A stretch of 63,124 bases of DNA, the filler included, from Octopus bimaculoides (Eukaryota), in the NCBI RefSeq assembly GCF_001194135.2. It is 5 parts of 4 records of this genome, joined end to end, with 100 filler letters (N's around TTAATTAATTAA, not from the genome) between each part and the next. Parts side by side here need not be neighbours in the genome. Positions count along the whole stretch, not along the records: positions 55,382 to 63,124 come from NC_068996.1; 4 more parts are not named here. One strand, 5' to 3'. Both the position numbers and the translations under genes were made by a program. The notes under the pieces were generated by a model. It saw only the letters and a program-made list of their open reading frames with translations, was not told the DNA's origin and did not search any database. Below are positions 61,290-63,124 of this stretch, one piece after another. The stretch's first letter is position 1. Every line of letters begins with the position of its first letter.

Positions 61290-63055
61290 GTTGGTGCAGA
61301 AAGGAACAACAGAATTTGGTTACCGTATTTATATATGCTGGAAAGCTGGATGTAGGCCAGGAAACAAGGGAAAGTAATTGGTTTATCTCCTCCGATCTGT
61401 ATTTAGCCCAAGAATGTTAATTAGAACCTAAGTGTGACAGTTGACTCTCATAGTTTTCTAAGTGCGTAAGTTGAAATCAATGGGAAAGAAACTGGTAGAA
61501 AAATCTAGGCTAGGTTTCACATCCTGGCTTAGAATCAAGGAAGTTATTCGTACATCACTTATCCCTTTAAGCGAAAATCGAAGAACATTCAAATTATGAA
61601 TGGAAAGTGTGACATTACAGGTGGATGTGTTGCAAGACCAGAAAAATCCTAGATATATGAAGAGAGATTCTGAGGTGATGTATACGGAACAGGTAACTAT
61701 TAGAGTGAGTTCGGATAACGTGCACAGTCGCCTTGTGAGCATATAGTGCGGTCTGGGTTTTGTGCTTATCGACTTCGTGGCAGAGTTAAGTGAACATGCA
61801 TTTGATTCAGTAACGGACTGCGTTCACAGGTGCGAGAGAAAATGGTGCAGCTGCGGACTTTTATTTAAGGGAGCTGAGGTGAGAGGATGTATTCTCAATN
61901 NNNNNNNNNNNNNNNNNNNNNNNNNNNNNNNNNNNNNNNNNNNNNNNNNNNNNNNNNNNNNNNNNNNNNNNNNNNNNNNNNNNNNNNNNNNNNNNNNNNN
62001 NNNNNNNNNNNNNNNNNNNNNNNNNNNNNNNNNNNNNNNNNNNNNNNNNNNNNNNNNNNNNNNNNNNNNNNNNNNNNNNNNNNNNNNNNNNNNNNNNNNN
62101 NNNNNNNNNNNNNNNNNNNNNNNNNNNNNNNNNNNNNNNNNNNNNNNNNNNNNNNNNNNNNNNNNNNNNNNNNNNNNNNGGCCCTAAGCACTTTAAAGAT
62201 TTTGGTCCCCCCCCATATGTATGTAATTCAATATATGAACAATAAAAGCCATAAAATAAATTTTTATTTTTTAAAATGAGAAAAAAACTAACAGTGAGAT
62301 GGAAAATAATGCTTATTTTTGTATACTTCCGCTTTATTAATATTTGAAAGTTTTCTCTTTTTTTTTTTTAATTGCAAAGTCTTTGATCAGATCCTCGAAC
62401 ACTTTGAAATTATATTTCCGATCATATAAACCACTTGGAATACTATTTTAGCAAGTTTAAAGTGATTTATTTTGTACCGTAAACCATTTACCATTTCTCT
62501 TGTGCAACCGTCTCCCGTGATGCCCTAAGCACGTGCCTATTTTGCTTACTAGTTAATCCAGTGGTGAGGGTCGTATAGAGGTAAGCTGTAGGGTGTCTGG
62601 AAGCGAAGGCGCAGAAAGTATGGTTCATGTTTCATATTTCGAAAAGACATCCGACGTTCGCTGAGTCAGGAAAAGAGTTGAGTAGGCACAGACATGGAAG
62701 CAAATCGATGAAGGCATAAATATTAAGTTGCATGTGTGTAGCTGGTTGCAGGCATGTATGTATGTATGAATGAACGTTTCATTCATTCTCTGGAGTCGAA
62801 AGAAAGAAGGAGCTGAATTTGGTTATTGTATTTATATATGTTGGAAAGTTGGATGTAGGTCAGAGAACAATGGAAAGTAATGAGTTTATCTCTGTCGATT
62901 TGTATTTAACCCAAAAATCTTAATTTAAACAATAGAACCTAAGTGTGACTGTTGACTCTCATAAATTTTAAGTGTGAAAGTCAAGAATAATAGGCAAGGA
63001 ACTGGTAGGCTAGGTTTCGAACCCTGGCTAAGAATCTAAAAAACCATTCGTTACA
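61290..63055. repeat. Pair of diverged about 270-bp direct repeats (61290-61560 and 62790-63055)
   Basis: Shared tttatatatgytggaaagytggatgtagg...ggaaagtaat...tagaacctaagtgtgac.gttgactctcata...aactggtag...ggctaggtttc...ctggct.agaatc. Confidence 0.75.
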
Positions 63056-63124
63056 CCTCTCTCTCCCTCCCTCCCCACTCTCTCTCTCCCTCCCTCCCCA
63101 CTCTCTCTCTCCCTCCCTCCCCAC

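Overview
Eukaryotic, AT-rich, gap-ridden draft-genome window. The repeat repertoire is most consistent with an octopod cephalopod such as Octopus (inference from recalled SINE families; no search was run). It is almost entirely non-coding and holds no intact long ORF. Most long entries in the ORF track run through N-gaps or microsatellites; the rest are fragments of decayed transposons. Contents: three tRNA-derived SINE families; decayed mariner, CR1/L2-like, RTE, Tx1/L1, R4/Dong (RLE), Gypsy and Helitron relics; MITE/foldback elements; a degenerate TTAGGG array; and a near-complete but frameshifted Penelope-like element (RT + GIY-YIG, 51.6-55.2 kb, minus strand). The most interesting signal is five minimal type I hammerhead-ribozyme motifs. 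Four occur as two head-to-head inverted pairs (28.4-28.9 kb and 36.9-37.3 kb) inside a short non-coding element. In the 28 kb pair each arm has a tRNA-like head, so the element looks like a SINE with a Penelope-type ribozyme tail. The fifth is in the pseudo-LTR of the autonomous Penelope-like element. Two candidate host-gene first exons point away from each other (minus strand 31299-31326 with a TATA box; plus strand 36742-36853 with an ETS motif). SINE and relic boundaries are approximate (roughly +/-10-30 nt).
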